Part shown: positions 12,544 to 30,566 of the stretch, piece after piece
How the letters are laid out: each line of letters opens with the position of its first letter
Position numbering within the stretch: the first letter of the stretch is position 1
NCBI RefSeq assembly: GCF_009834535.1
Contig: NC_045697.1
Coordinates: forward strand, 53,136,001-53,200,000
DNA from: Camelus ferus
Lineage: Eukaryota
DNA: 64,000 nucleotides
Reading direction: 5' to 3'
Program-made: the position numbers and the translations under genes
The notes under the pieces: generated by a model
Database searches by the model: none
What the model was told of the DNA's origin: nothing
The model's input: only the letters and a program-made list of their open reading frames with translations

Positions 12544-13099
12544 CTGGTCTTAGACACATCTTAAAGTCATTCATTTGGTTAGAAAATACTTTGGAAAGTG
12601 TTGTTTATCTTGGTTTTGCCTTTGTCTTCTTGTGCTTTGATGCATTTGTAAGCGTAGAAGTTGTAGAATTTATGGAAGTGGTTGTTGCTGATTGGCAGCT
12701 GTGGTGAATGCCGCTGGGCATTGGTGGTGGCCTCAGGTTGGAGGGTGCTGGGAGCCATGGTGCTGGATGCAATGCTTGTAGTTTCACTGGTGGAGGCAGC
12801 AGAAGCAATGGCAGCAGCAGTGGTAGTTACAGATGGAGGAGCACTGGAATTGGCTGGTGGTGCTTGAGAATTGGGGTTTACAACATTCTCAGGTGGTGAA
12901 GTAGGTCTGTGTGGTGATGGACCATGTGGGCGGTGGGGAAAAAGGGGATGGCAGGGATAATGGCCTATGGGGGATTCTTGACGACATGGTAACCATGTGG
13001 ATCTGCAGAAGCTTATCCAAATTTTGCAGAACGCTGTCTTGACTCATAAAGACGTGTTTGCTTAAATGGTTTAAAATGCTCTTCAGAACTTTCACTAGA
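12544..13099 (-). pseudogene. Gene C main exon: decayed SMR3/OPRPN/MUC7-family Pro/Thr-rich exon
   Basis: Acceptor ttttttttgtattctcttaag|TCT AGT GAA AGT TCT GAA GAG (SSESSEE). TAA after 28 codons (13015-13013). Another frame gives PCHPLFPHRPHGPSPHRPTSPPENVVNPNSQAPPANSSAPPSVTTTAAAIASAASTSETTS. Donor CCAG|gtattt at 12544. Confidence 0.65.
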
Positions 13100-13531
13100 C
13101 TTAAGAGAATACAAAAAAAATTTTTTTTATGCAGATTAGATGCATAAATTAGCTTGAAATCAGGTTTCAATATGTATCTATGTTGTCACTTAAATTTGTG
13201 TAAATATTCTAACTTCATTCCATAAGTAATTTGATTGGTGTGCCTACCAAGTAGACAGAATTATGATCTTTGGTGTATCAAGTAAACTATATTTCTGCTA
13301 TTCTCAAGGCCTAATAGTTTTACTACAAAATTTTCCCAAAATGTGTTCCATAGTAGGCATTGCATTGAAAAGATTTTGGTAGTCAAACGACTATGGAAAA
13401 TATTTTGGTAAAGTAAAGGACATTTCTTTACTAGAAAGCTTATTGGAATTGTTAATGTAATATGCCAATGAATATTTAGCCTATCCAAGGGATATGTAGT
13501 ATTTTCCGAACTTGCTTCACCATGGAAATAT

Positions 13532-13544
13532 TGTGTGTGTGAAT

Positions 13545-13582
<38 letters not shown>
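13532..13582. repeat. (TG)n microsatellite
   Basis: Directly visible. Confidence 0.9.
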
Positions 13583-13584
<2 letters not shown>

Positions 13585-14799
13585 CATATCTTCATTCTAG
13601 TGTTTTAGTGTTTCATGGAGAACCTTTTGGGACATGCTACAATTTCTATCTTGGAAAATAGCATAATGCATTTTACTGCTCTGAATAAAGAGAATAAAAG
13701 GAGATTATAGGAGCTTTGCATTGCTCTTTTCCTAGACCCCTAACACCAGACTGATAGAGCGTTCCATGAATCCGTGTAGCTGACAATTGCACAGAATCAC
13801 ACACACTAAGAACTAGAAGTGTCTTAGCTCAGCCAGTGTACATCTACTCAGTGATAGCCTCATTGCAGCAAAGTCATGGGCAATTTTAATTCGCTTTAGG
13901 TACATGGACTTTTAATATAGTGTTCCCTTAGGATTTCAATTTAGGCCCTTGTCTCTTCCTTTGTCTTCACTGGCAGAAATTAATCCTTGGGATTCTAAAT
14001 ATGACACACCTCCTGCCTCTTCATGAAACATTAGTTCTGAATAAATTCTGAGAAATAGTCAAATACCTGACTTTTAGGTGAAATAAATTGCCAAAACTGT
14101 GATAAATTTTCAAGGTAGGTTTGAAATTTTTTTTTGTAAGTATCAGCACAATTTGGATCACTAAACCTGGACAATGTCTATTCCATAGCATTAGAAGCAG
14201 GATAACTTTTTGTTTGTTTGTTTTTAAGGATTCATTTAGAACACTTGTCTTGGAATGGGGGAAAAAAAGAGAGCAGGGGGATGTAACAGGATGATGTGAC
14301 AGATATTTTCAGATAACACAGCCTATTGTGCAGCCCACCCCTATTCTGACATGGAGTCGGGGTTATGAGAATTAGAAATGTCAGAGGGTGGAAACAGGGA
14401 TCTGTCATTCTGAAAAGTCTTTCCATATGATTCTGAATTTTCTTTCCTTTTCGGTTCAAAACCATTGATTTTTGAGAAAAGGAACTAGCTTTTACTTTTT
14501 TGTAGGATTATAAGAAGGTTCCATATTAAAAAGACATCAATATTTATGAGGAGGGAAAATTTACATTGAATAAACAAATGCAGATAGTTTTTGGTACTGA
14601 AGGCTGGACGAACTTTACTTTTCAGCTAAGCTGTCCTACTCCCATTGTAGGTGAATGCATACCTAAAGTCAAGCAACTGGAGGCTGGTTTTGGTGCTCAG
14701 ACCTACTCCCATTGCGTCCCTAGCCTTTGGTAATTAGGTGACTCTGGCTCTCTTAACATTTTCTTAGGTTGGGAATCAAAGAAAATATATGTACCTTAC

Positions 14800-14912
14800 C
14801 AACTCCTCAGTCATAACTGACTTTGATTATGAATGAAAATGTAACATGATAACCAGAAATATAAATAAAACTTAATTTCTCTGTGGAGTTTTCGCTTTCG
14901 TTCATCAGTTGA
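14800..14912 (-). other. Candidate decayed internal exon of gene C
   Basis: Acceptor ctccgtctcattttag| and donor TTG|gtaagg; contains a hydrophobic, signal-like stretch beginning ATT AAG TTT but no usable ATG. Confidence 0.3.
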
Positions 14913-17900
14913 CTAAAATGAGACGGAGATTAAAATATATTTAAAAATTAGACCCAGAACATATATGACATTTTTAGGATACTGATTATAAATTACTTAT
15001 GAGGGTAAAACGTGGCTGGGTTAGAGTCAATAGAATAGGATACAATTTTAGAATTTTGGGTGTAATCATTAAACGAGAGGGACCTGCTAACAATTCAGAG
15101 TACACAGTTCATGGGCTAAGGATGATCAGATTTTCTGGAGGTCTTTAAGCAGAAGACTTCCTCTCCTTCCACAGTCTCATGGGTGTGTTGCCAACCAGTC
15201 TCCAGTCTCCAGGTAGTGCTAGTTTTGGCTTCGTTTATCAAAATAACTGTCATTCACTCAGGTGCCAAACCTGGGGACTATTATGTAACCATGTCTTTGT
15301 GGATTTGGTGCAGGGAGAAACCAGCCTGTCTTTTGTGGGAGAGAAAAATGTGTGATCCAAAGAACTCTGGAATAGGGTTTCTCACTGGATGGAAAATCCT
15401 CTCTGCTGCATTTTAGCATGGGACAAGATTGGAAGAGCCAGTTCCCATAGTTAGCAGTGCCCATAAGATATTTATTGCTTCTGAAATGATACTGGATTTT
15501 GTTTGCAGCACAAAGCCTTAGACAAGGTCCCCTTCACCTTTTAGATAATGTAATTTAGGTGCAACGTTATGTAAACAGACCTAAAAATGTGAGGATACCA
15601 AGCATGTGCTCTTAATAGAAGATTATTTATCATGTCTAAAATTTCTTAATTTACTTGACTGATATGAAATCTTTGATAAGGTTGCAGATTTATTTTATGG
15701 TGTCCCTTAAAATCGGTTCTCTTTTTCACACATCTTTCTTTCTTTTTGAGGAAACTACAAAGACTAAATGTTATCCAGGAATGATACTACAGAAGTAGAA
15801 TCACAGTACACAATTTAAAATCATGACACTACAGTGTGCTACATACACATGTTGGGAATTCTAAAGACTACCAATATGTAGAAAAAAAAAAAGAAAAATA
15901 TTGATTGTATCCCAAGGTCAACACAAGATCACAGAGAAAGTTCAGTTAAAGTCTCAGGCAAAAATAAAATTAAAATAAGGTCTGTTTACTATAAATCTAT
16001 GTTGACGTAAAACAGTGAACTGAATGTACACTCTATGACTGAGAACCAAGTGAGAAAATAAATATATGTGAAGGTATTTGATATTTACTGAGAAGCAAGC
16101 AATGAAAGTTAAGATGACAGCAATCAAAATCAGAGCCTTTGTCTTGTCTTAGGGTCTTCTAGAAATAGACAGCAAAGATGCTTCATTGGTTGGGGGGGAA
16201 ATCAAAGAAATACCAATTTGTTTTTGCTAAATTTTAACCAAAGGAAAAACATTTATGCATGCTATGGCACATCCATGGCATATATTGTACCTATGGTGTA
16301 ATAAGAACTTATGAAATTTATATAAGAAAAATATTGAGTACATCAGATAGATGCAAAGGTTAAGAATAATGAATTCCAATAACAAAATGAACAGTAGATA
16401 AAAATGTAGACCAAAAATGTAGACAAAAGACCTTGTTTCATTGTCAAGAAAACATATAGAACTTTCTTTTGACCTACTGTTTTACAATTACTAAGGAGTT
16501 ATTTAAGAAAGTAAAACAAAAACATAGTCAAGATTGTGGTGAGGTTGATATCCTTGCATGCAGCCAGTGGTTCTATTCATCAAGATAATTTTTTTTTTGA
16601 AAAGCAGGACTGCAATATGCAAAAGAAACATGAAAATGTTTATACTTTTAAAGAATCTCAGTCTTGAGGATTATTCTTGATAAATTAACTAATAGAAAAA
16701 AATTTTAAATGTTCACTCTAGTGTTAGTTATAATTAAAAAATAATGGATACTGATAATCATGAAGACTTTGTAAAAACTCGAAAAATGCTTATGTTTTAA
16801 TGATAAGTGAAAAATTTAAATACCATACTGTATGTAAATTATCCAAGTGGATAAGGACAGGAAAATATAAGCAAAAATTAAAATATGTGGTATAATGGTT
16901 TAATTCATATGCAGACTTTTTGTTATTAAAAAATTATGATGTTTTGTCCATTTTATAATTTAAACACACAAAAGAAATTGAGAAATTGCCATTAAAATGC
17001 TCTTCTGGCTTTGATTTTGACCTTGCATACTAAGACACTAGACAGAAAATTTTAAGTTAACTTACAACTTAAAAATGTGTATAGTAAAAAATATGAAATA
17101 TTTATATAATCTTATCATCAGTATCATTATTATTATCTGCAAGAAACTTTTAGAGATTTGACATTTCTGTTTTGATATCATCATTATTGCTATATTCTCT
17201 CGGCCAAAAGAAAAGCAAACAAATGAGAACCTAAATCTCTTCAATTGCAGTTCTTTGAGGGCTGTTATAAAATTACCCCTTTTCATAATTTTGCATTCAT
17301 ATGTCATACTTCAGTAATGAATCAGTTTTTTGGGGGGTTTACCATTCACTTACTTAATTCCTCTCCCAAAGAAAAATCGCTAAGTAGAGGAATTAATGGC
17401 TAATTACTTATGATTACAAAATCTCAGCTTCAAATGTGACTGCTTTTCTAATCTTTAAGTTACAACATTAAAAACATGATAGCCACAATGTAACTGATGG
17501 AGAATTATTATCTTTTAACAATGGCTTTATTCATTAGGGCATCTCCTTGTGATTTTAGGGGAAAGACCACTGGATCAATATTCCTAAGAGTTGAGCTTCA
17601 TTTGTCAAACCGTGGTCACATTACTTAACCTATCTGAGGCTCATTTTTCTAATTCTAAAGTAAAGTCATTAATTTATTTGATGAAATTGTCACATTCTAA
17701 TACTGTAAGAAAACCAAAAAAGTGTATCTCCATCATGTAAACAGTCACAATCTCAAGTAAAAGATAAGACACATTTAGATGTTTATATGTCCTTTCCTTT
17801 GTAATAAAAGAGATAACAGAACAGAAACATTCAATTAATTAAAAAAAAATCAAGCCCAATGATTTCTCTTGTAATTTAGTAAAATATATAGATGTTTCTG

Positions 17901-19196
17901 CCACTGAAAACATTTTCACTTTTATGGGTGCAAAACTACAATACTGAGTCATGTCTAAAAAGGGCAACTTTCAAATTATTTGGGATTGCAGAGGACAAGC
18001 TATTTATATTATTATCAGGCTTACTGAAATTAACATTTTACTAATTAAAGTGAATAGAACTTACAGTTTGATGAATTTGTTAAAGCATTTCCTTTTCTTT
18101 CTCTATATTTCCTATCAAATTCATTATATTAGAACTCTTTGAAAAAAAAGAGTTTGAGATCTCATAATAATTACACTAATTAGAAACTGTATATAATCAA
18201 AGTCTAGAAAAAACAGGTTTAAGTTTTTGAAATTCAAAAAATGTTACAGTAATAAAGGATCCTCTCTGGTTGTCAGGAATGTCAGCTTTGCCTTAGCTTC
18301 TGAAGTCTGGAAGCTCAGAGAAAGAGTACAAGTGATTCATGACTTATAAAGGATTTTCTCTCCTTTATCCTTTCTATTTTGTTCTTATTGCTAAGCAAAG
18401 TAGTATTATTATTTTAGCAATTGCTTCTGGGCTAATCCAAACTATTTCCCGAAGCAGAAAAGGAGTGTTATGATCTTCAAAAGTTGACATTTGTCCTTTT
18501 CAGTTTTCCTGAGAAAACATCATGGCTAATTATGCATCAGAAAAAGTGAAGGCTTGTTCTTTATAATTTTAAAATAGTATTTTGAGTCAACTTCTTTCCT
18601 TTATTTTTGGATGTTTTCTTAAATAACTTGACATTTTACTAACAAAGCAATAATTATTGAAACTTGACAAACCCTAGGTCTAATGAATGTTCTCGTAATT
18701 AATTCTGTTATTTACAATATTTGCCCTACTACTGTGTGCTATTGTGGATTCTGAACTAGTAAGAAGTATTAGATGATGGTGGCTTCTTTTGTATTCATTA
18801 TTAACTTTTTAAGATAAAGTACTTCATTCCTGAAAGTTAATTTTCAGAGCTTATAAAATTATCTCAACTTAAGTATTAGTAGCTGGAGGGCAGCTGCAAA
18901 CATTGCATTCTTTTCTTGCCTTTTCTGGACATAAAGATAAGACAAGGATTAATAGTGAACTATTTGACAACACTTAATATGCTCTTTACCACTAGGCTAA
19001 TAATAATTCTTTAAATTGTAACAGAAGATGTGTTGATGCACCACAGAAATTTCTTTACTCAGAAGAAAAGTGCCAGTTATTGAGAAATATAAAATGTGAG
19101 TATTGTAGTCTTTTGACATTTGCTTTGATGTCACTAGGTCTTACTTTTCATGAAAATGTCATTCATCACCAGAAAGATGGAAAATCATGTACTTAC

Positions 19197-19300
19197 ACGT
19201 TGGAAGTTTATTGGTGGGTAATCAAACTTGTGATGCTTTTCTTTCAAATTAGCTGTTAACAATGGTATAACTTCTTGGCATTCATTCACCCAGTGATGAA
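19197..19300 (-). other. Candidate non-coding exon 1 of gene C
   Basis: GATAAAAAG TATA variant at 19327-19335; donor AACGT|gtaagtacatga shares its 12-nt intron start with the exon-1 donor at 600. Confidence 0.5.
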
Positions 19301-20231
19301 TTGAAGATCAGATGAGGATTTCCAGCCTTTTTATCCTAAAGCTGAATCTGAGTGCACTGGACACAGTGTCTCCTTGGTTATTTTTTTTTCCAATTTTTTC
19401 TTATCTTAACATTTTTTTAAGGATAACTTATTGCAATAAGGGTAACCTAAAATCTAAATCAAGATGCAGTTCTAGATCTGTGTGCATCTACATAGAAAGT
19501 AATTTTGTACATGAAGAGACTGAAACTTGAGAAAATAACTAGCTCATAGTCTCATGACTCAGTATTTTAACCCAGGTTTATCTCCAAGCTTTCTCTTTCC
19601 CCTGTGCCAAGATATTTTTAAACATGTTTAACGTCTGTTAGGAAAAATTTTGACTAATTCTTACAATGAGTAAGCTGTAGACAGAGTCTTAGGCATTTTT
19701 GTATCTGTATCAACTAGTCGATTTCCTGGAGTAAATTTAGGTGATTAATAATGCTTTTGACCAAGTTCATATATATAAACTTCCTTTCCTTTTCTGACTT
19801 TGTTGTAAGTTATGTCTAATCCAAGATTCTATACAGTGAGAGAAAATGGGAGGATTCCAGCTCACAAGATGCTTGTTCTCATCAAAGAGGATCAGCTAAC
19901 GTGGCTGGGAATAGCTACTGACTGGGGCTGATACTAGAGATTTCAGATTTCTACATAGAATTTTCATGCCAAACAGTCTACGTAGCTAAGCTTGTGCTTA
20001 TTTTATCATCATTCTGTTGATAGTGTGCATGGAATACATTAGTAAATATTGGACTATGTTGATAAATATTCTTGTTGATCCCTGCTACACCTTATCACTC
20101 TGCCTTTGCTTCTTCTATCGTCCCAATCTAACTTTTACTTTTTCTTAAAAATAATCTTTTTAAAGCACAGTTAACATGTTAATCCCTTGTTTAAAAATTT
20201 GATGCCCCTTATTTTCACATCACCATTTCTC

Positions 20232-21659
20232 GAAGGGCTGCTTTTTCATTTGTTTGTTTTTATTTAAAGTGGGAGCGTTCCTGTGTAGACCGTGTGTGTC
20301 TAATAGTTTTGTTGTAGGATTATTCTTAGTATGGATGGTTGCCATGTGTTTCTTCCATGGGTGTTGGCTGCTATCCCTTTGATTGGGGGTGTGGTTGGTG
20401 TTGTGGTGTTCAGAGTCTGCCCTGATTGTTGTTGTTGAGCAGGGCCTCCTTTTTTGTTCTGTGGTTGTCACAGTCTTGACAGGGCTGGGTCTGCTCCCCT
20501 GTTGCTGGAATAGAGGCTTCTAGACCCGTTTCTGAGCTGTGGTGTGTGTGTGGTAGGCAGGGTTGAGCACTTCAGCTGGGAAGAAGAGTTGGCAGGAGAT
20601 GTCCACTGGGAGGTGCCCTCTGTGGTGTTGTCACTTGTCACGTGGGCTTACAGAGTACTCTTTGTTGATGCTGCCTTTGTCCCTGCTTTAGCTGCTGAAA
20701 TGTCAGCCACCGCTCTGGTGTCCCCCAGGTTCTGGGCCCCCAGAACCAGCAGCACAGATCTGCCAAGGTCAGGTGCTAGGACCCGCCCTAGTGAATGTGC
20801 TATCACACACCTGAATCCGTGGTGTGCCCCAGGGTCTGCACAGACCCCAGCCCTGCCTCTGTGTACAGGACACATATGCTGGCCTATTGAAATACCCTTA
20901 CTCGGCCCTACTGTGTGCCAGAGCTCTGCTCACTGCCTGTTCGTCCCAGAGGCACAGGTTCACAAAGGCACTTGTGTAGCAAATCTATCCTCTCTGCCTG
21001 GAGCTGTAAACAAATCTCAGTCCCACCTGTGAAGTTGCAGGGCCCCTGGGTATGGATTCACCCTTCAGCCCTGACTCTGCTCAGGGGCAATGGCTATGAC
21101 CAAGCCCCACCTCTCTATTCGTGAGAACACACCAACAATGGAGCTAAGCGGGGAAAGCGGCTATGGCCTGGCTGCATTGTGCCTGTCCCTAACATGCACA
21201 CCAGCAGTGGTGCTTTTTTATAGGGGTCCCTGTCTGTTCCATTCCACACATACCCCAGTCAGAGCTCACACAGCCTTCCAGTCCCCTGAGGCTACCTCTG
21301 TGCAGGAGGCCCCAGCCCTCTCCCTGGGCTCATCCCCCATCCCTAGTAGCCAGTCCCTGCTTGTCCCTGCTGGCTTGCATCTAGGGCTGGGGATCACAGA
21401 GACCCTCCATGCCAGTTTCTCTTAGTTCCTACTGCCAAGTGGCTGCCACTTACTCCTCTGAGCCTCGGAAGCTCTGCTTCTGTCCCTGCTGACCTCTTGG
21501 CTAGAGAGGGTGCCTTTCTTCCTTTGCTGTTCCCTCCCTGCAGGACCAGTGGAGTAGGTGTTCTGTGCAATTCAGTGGGTTTGTAGATGTAATTCTTGGT
21601 GTATTTGTGGGAGAGGGTGAGCTGTGTGTCTCTCTACTCCGCCATCTTGGCACCTCTCC
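20232..21659 (-). mobile_element. L1 5'UTR-only fragment (~1.4 kb) flanked by direct repeats
   Basis: Minus strand starts GGAGAGGTGCCAAGATGGCGGAGTAG (L1 5' end with YY1 site); GC-rich; flanks cacatcaccatttctc (20216-20231) and cacatcaccacttctc (21660-21675). Confidence 0.75.
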
Positions 21660-21932
21660 CACATCACCACTTCTCAAACCATGTTACACAGAGCATTAGT
21701 TCCTAGAGATATTTACTGGAGCTCTGTGAAAATATAGCTCCATGAACACTTAATGTACATATTCTCATTTAAAGACTCCAGAAAATTCACCCCAACATCA
21801 TCAGTCAGTGCATTTTATTGTGAAAATCTTTTTAGCTCTGAGAAAAAATCGTATTAATTCTGGTAAAATTAGCTCAGGAAATATGAGCTGTTAGTTATGT
21901 GAAATTCTAACCGTAAGTTGCTATACACATAG

Positions 21933-22350
21933 TGTGATGTTTAATTTTATGTGTTAACTTGACTAGGTTATGGTGCCTAGTTGTTTGGTCAAGCACTAGT
22001 CTAGATGTTGCTGTGAAGGCACTTAATAGATCTGATTAACATTTACAATCAGCTGGCTTTAGGTAAAGCAGATTACCTTTCATAATGTGAATGAGCCTCA
22101 TCTAATTAACTGAAGGCCTTAAGAGCAAAGACTGAAGTTTCTTAAAAGGAGAAATTCTGCCTTGAGACTGAAACATAGAAACTCTGCCTGAGTTTCTAGC
22201 CTGCTGACTTGTCCTGTGGATTTTGGACTCAAAACTGCAATATCAACTATTAATTGAATTTCCAGCCTACCAGTCTGTGCCATGGATTCCGAACTTGCCA
22301 GTCTCCACAATTACGTATGCCAATTTCTTCAAATAAATCTCTCCATATCC

Positions 22351-22425
<75 letters not shown>

Positions 22426-22478
22426 ATCATCTATATCATGATTGGTTCTGTTTCTCTGGAGAACCCTAACTGACTTAC
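21933..22478. mobile_element. ERVL MLT2-type solo LTR with internal (TCTA)n(TCTG)n repeat
   Basis: Starts tgtgatgtttaattttatgtgttaacttgact; ends ggttctgtttctctggagaaccctaactgacttaca. Confidence 0.8.
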
Positions 22479-23055
22479 ACAGTCTCACACAGTTTGGTTA
22501 TCTTTCCTTTTGTAAGGGCTGTAATATCACTTACAATTTAGTATATCTGTTACCATTCTCTCTCAGATCCACGGTGCTCCAGCCTTTCTTCAGTATTATT
22601 GAGCACACCAAGTTCTTTTATGCTTCTGTCTTTGCCCTTGTCCCTCCCTCAGCTTGAAACCAGTGATATCCTTTTTGTCCTGGTAAACTCACATTCGTCT
22701 CTAAGTATCCACTTTATAGCCATCCTTCCTCTGAGAGCACCTATAGCTTAATAAATGAAATCATCATTCACTGTTTCATTTAATTCATTCATGTAGCAGA
22801 TGTTTGTTGAGCATCTGCTGTGTTCAAAGCTCTCATAATTGAGCAGTGGACAAGGGGGATATGATCGCTTCCCTTAGGATGGGGTGATGAGCACTGTTTA
22901 CTCAGGATGCCCTAGTTTATGCCTGTTGTTTGGAGTCATTATTAATAGTGTACTCTTTCAGTCTCAGAAGTGTTCTGGTTTTGATGATAAATTATGTGAC
23001 CTTCTTAATTATCAAGCATTAATCTAGTAGGGAAGACAAACATTAAACAAGAAGG

Positions 23056-23400
23056 TGTTACGGGTTGAAATGTGTCTTTCCTCCTACTCCCAAATAAGTT
23101 GGAGTCCTAACTCATAGAACCTGTGAATGTGACCTTATTCAGATATGAGATCTTTGCAGATGTAACCAAGTTAAGATGAGGTCATGCTGAATTAAGGGGT
23201 TAATCCAATGACTGGTGTCCCTATAAGGAGGAGAAATTTGGGCACAGAGACACACAAAGAGAACATCATGTGATGAAGGAGGCCAAGATGGCAGTGATAA
23301 TGTCTACAAGCCAATGAATGTCAACGACTGCCAGCAACCACCAGAAGCTAGGAAGAAGCAAGGAAAGATTCTCTCTCCTAAGCAAAGTCCCTGGAAGGAA
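23056..23400. mobile_element. MLT1 (B/C-like) LTR fragment
   Basis: tgttacgggttgaaatgtgtc...acctgtgaatgtgaccttattc...gccagcaaccaccagaagctagga. Confidence 0.75.
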
Positions 23401-24119
23401 CTATAGTTACAGTTTATAAAATAATGATGCTTTTCAGCTTGCTGCCTATTTCAGTCCTAAGGTTGATTTGAAGATAAAATGATTAAAACCTTTAATAGCT
23501 TTCAAATATGTTCTGAATAAAATCCAGAATGTTCAACCAAACACTACATGATTTGCCTCCTGTCTACTTTTCCAGTTTCAATTTATGTCATATTCCAACT
23601 GATTACATGTTCCAACCACATGATCTGTTCATTTGCTTGAAAAACTTGAGGCCATTTCTAGCCTCAGGACTTTGGGCATGTTGTGTCTCCAACTCTCCAC
23701 ATTTTTCAGTCTTTAGCTTAAATCTCATTTTCTCAGGCACTACTTCCCTGGACTTAAATTTGTGTGAAGTCTTGCAGCTATAATCTCTTATTATTTTTGT
23801 CTGTGTACCCAACACAATCTATGGTTAGACATATATTTGTTTAATATTATTCTAGTTTATAGCCTATCTAATGGTGTTAAGCCCTATTTCTCCCTATCTG
23901 CCTCCCACGTATGTACCATTTACTATTCAACCAACGTCTTGGCTTTGTTTTTCTTTTTTCTAATATAATAAAATTATAAGTATTTATAGAATAATTCTAT
24001 TTTTGGTGTCTAGAGCTAAGTTATTCTTTAAACAAACAATAGGTTTTCATTTTACTTATATCTCTCCTAATTTGAGAATTCTGTGCTAGAATATGAATCA
24101 CATTTACACACAGTAAATT

Positions 24120-24262
24120 GATTGCTGTCAGAAAGATTTATTGAAGAAAAATCAGCAAAGTGAAAACAGACCCATTTTAAAAGTCTGTCCAAAAAGAATG
24201 AAGACATATGTCCTTGAATTACTAACCAAAAGCATAAGAAGAGTGCAGTATCTGCTTAAGAC
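24120..24262 (-). other. CABS1: Terminal non-coding (3'UTR) exon of CABS1 / gene B
   Basis: Acceptor tttgtcaatttttttcag|GTC at 24262; AATAAA at 24142-24137. Confidence 0.7.
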
Positions 24263-25022
24263 CTGAAAAAAATTGACAAAATTCAGGAAGGAAATTTTAA
24301 AGAAATAAAATTAAATTAATTCATATGTTTATATACAATATTGTTTTTGACAGATGCATACATTTGTAAAATATCATTTTGCCTTAGTTTGCATTCAACA
24401 TGAGCCAGGAAACCTGTAATAGTTCTTGTATTTCTTATATATGGATACTAAACAATTACTAATGAGCTCTAATTTTTCTGAGTGAGGACTGTAAATTTAT
24501 TTTTTAATAGAAGAGAATCATTGGTTGCATACTAATAAAATATCTGTTTATAATAAGCATTTAAGGTCTTTTAATATTAAAACAATTATTTTTGAGATAT
24601 ATTGTTAATTTGATTCTCTTCATCTCTTTAATTCACAATGAAATATGCTTTTAAGGATTAACTAAAATGACATATAGATTAAATACAGCAGGGGTGAGCC
24701 TTATTTATTTTCTCTCTCTTAATATCCCTGAAGGCTGCTGTTAAAGATTTTATATTAAAACAAGTAATTATTGGATAACCCAATTAAACTTTGTGATAGT
24801 AGGCAAACTCTTGTATTGCTGAGTTTTTGAACTTTCCATAAATACATTCTCCTGCATTACCACTATTCTTAAAACATCTGTGTTTTCTAAATTTCATACT
24901 TGCCTTGAATGCTCATATTCTTTCATTTATTAAGATTTTTGCTTGGTAGACAAACTTCTTAGATGTTAAAACTAGCTGTTTAGACTATTGCACAGTTCTG
25001 TGTGGCATTTCTTTTGTTGCTT

Positions 25023-30566
<5,544 letters not shown>

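Noticed and set aside
17200..17262. Alternative signal-peptide exon for gene C (TTG AAG AGA TTT AGG TTC...)
   Set aside because: No ATG, no GT donor and wrong length; too degenerate to support
20544..21425. GC-rich ORFs of 162 and 111 aa
   Set aside because: They lie within the L1 5'UTR fragment; no coding hallmarks
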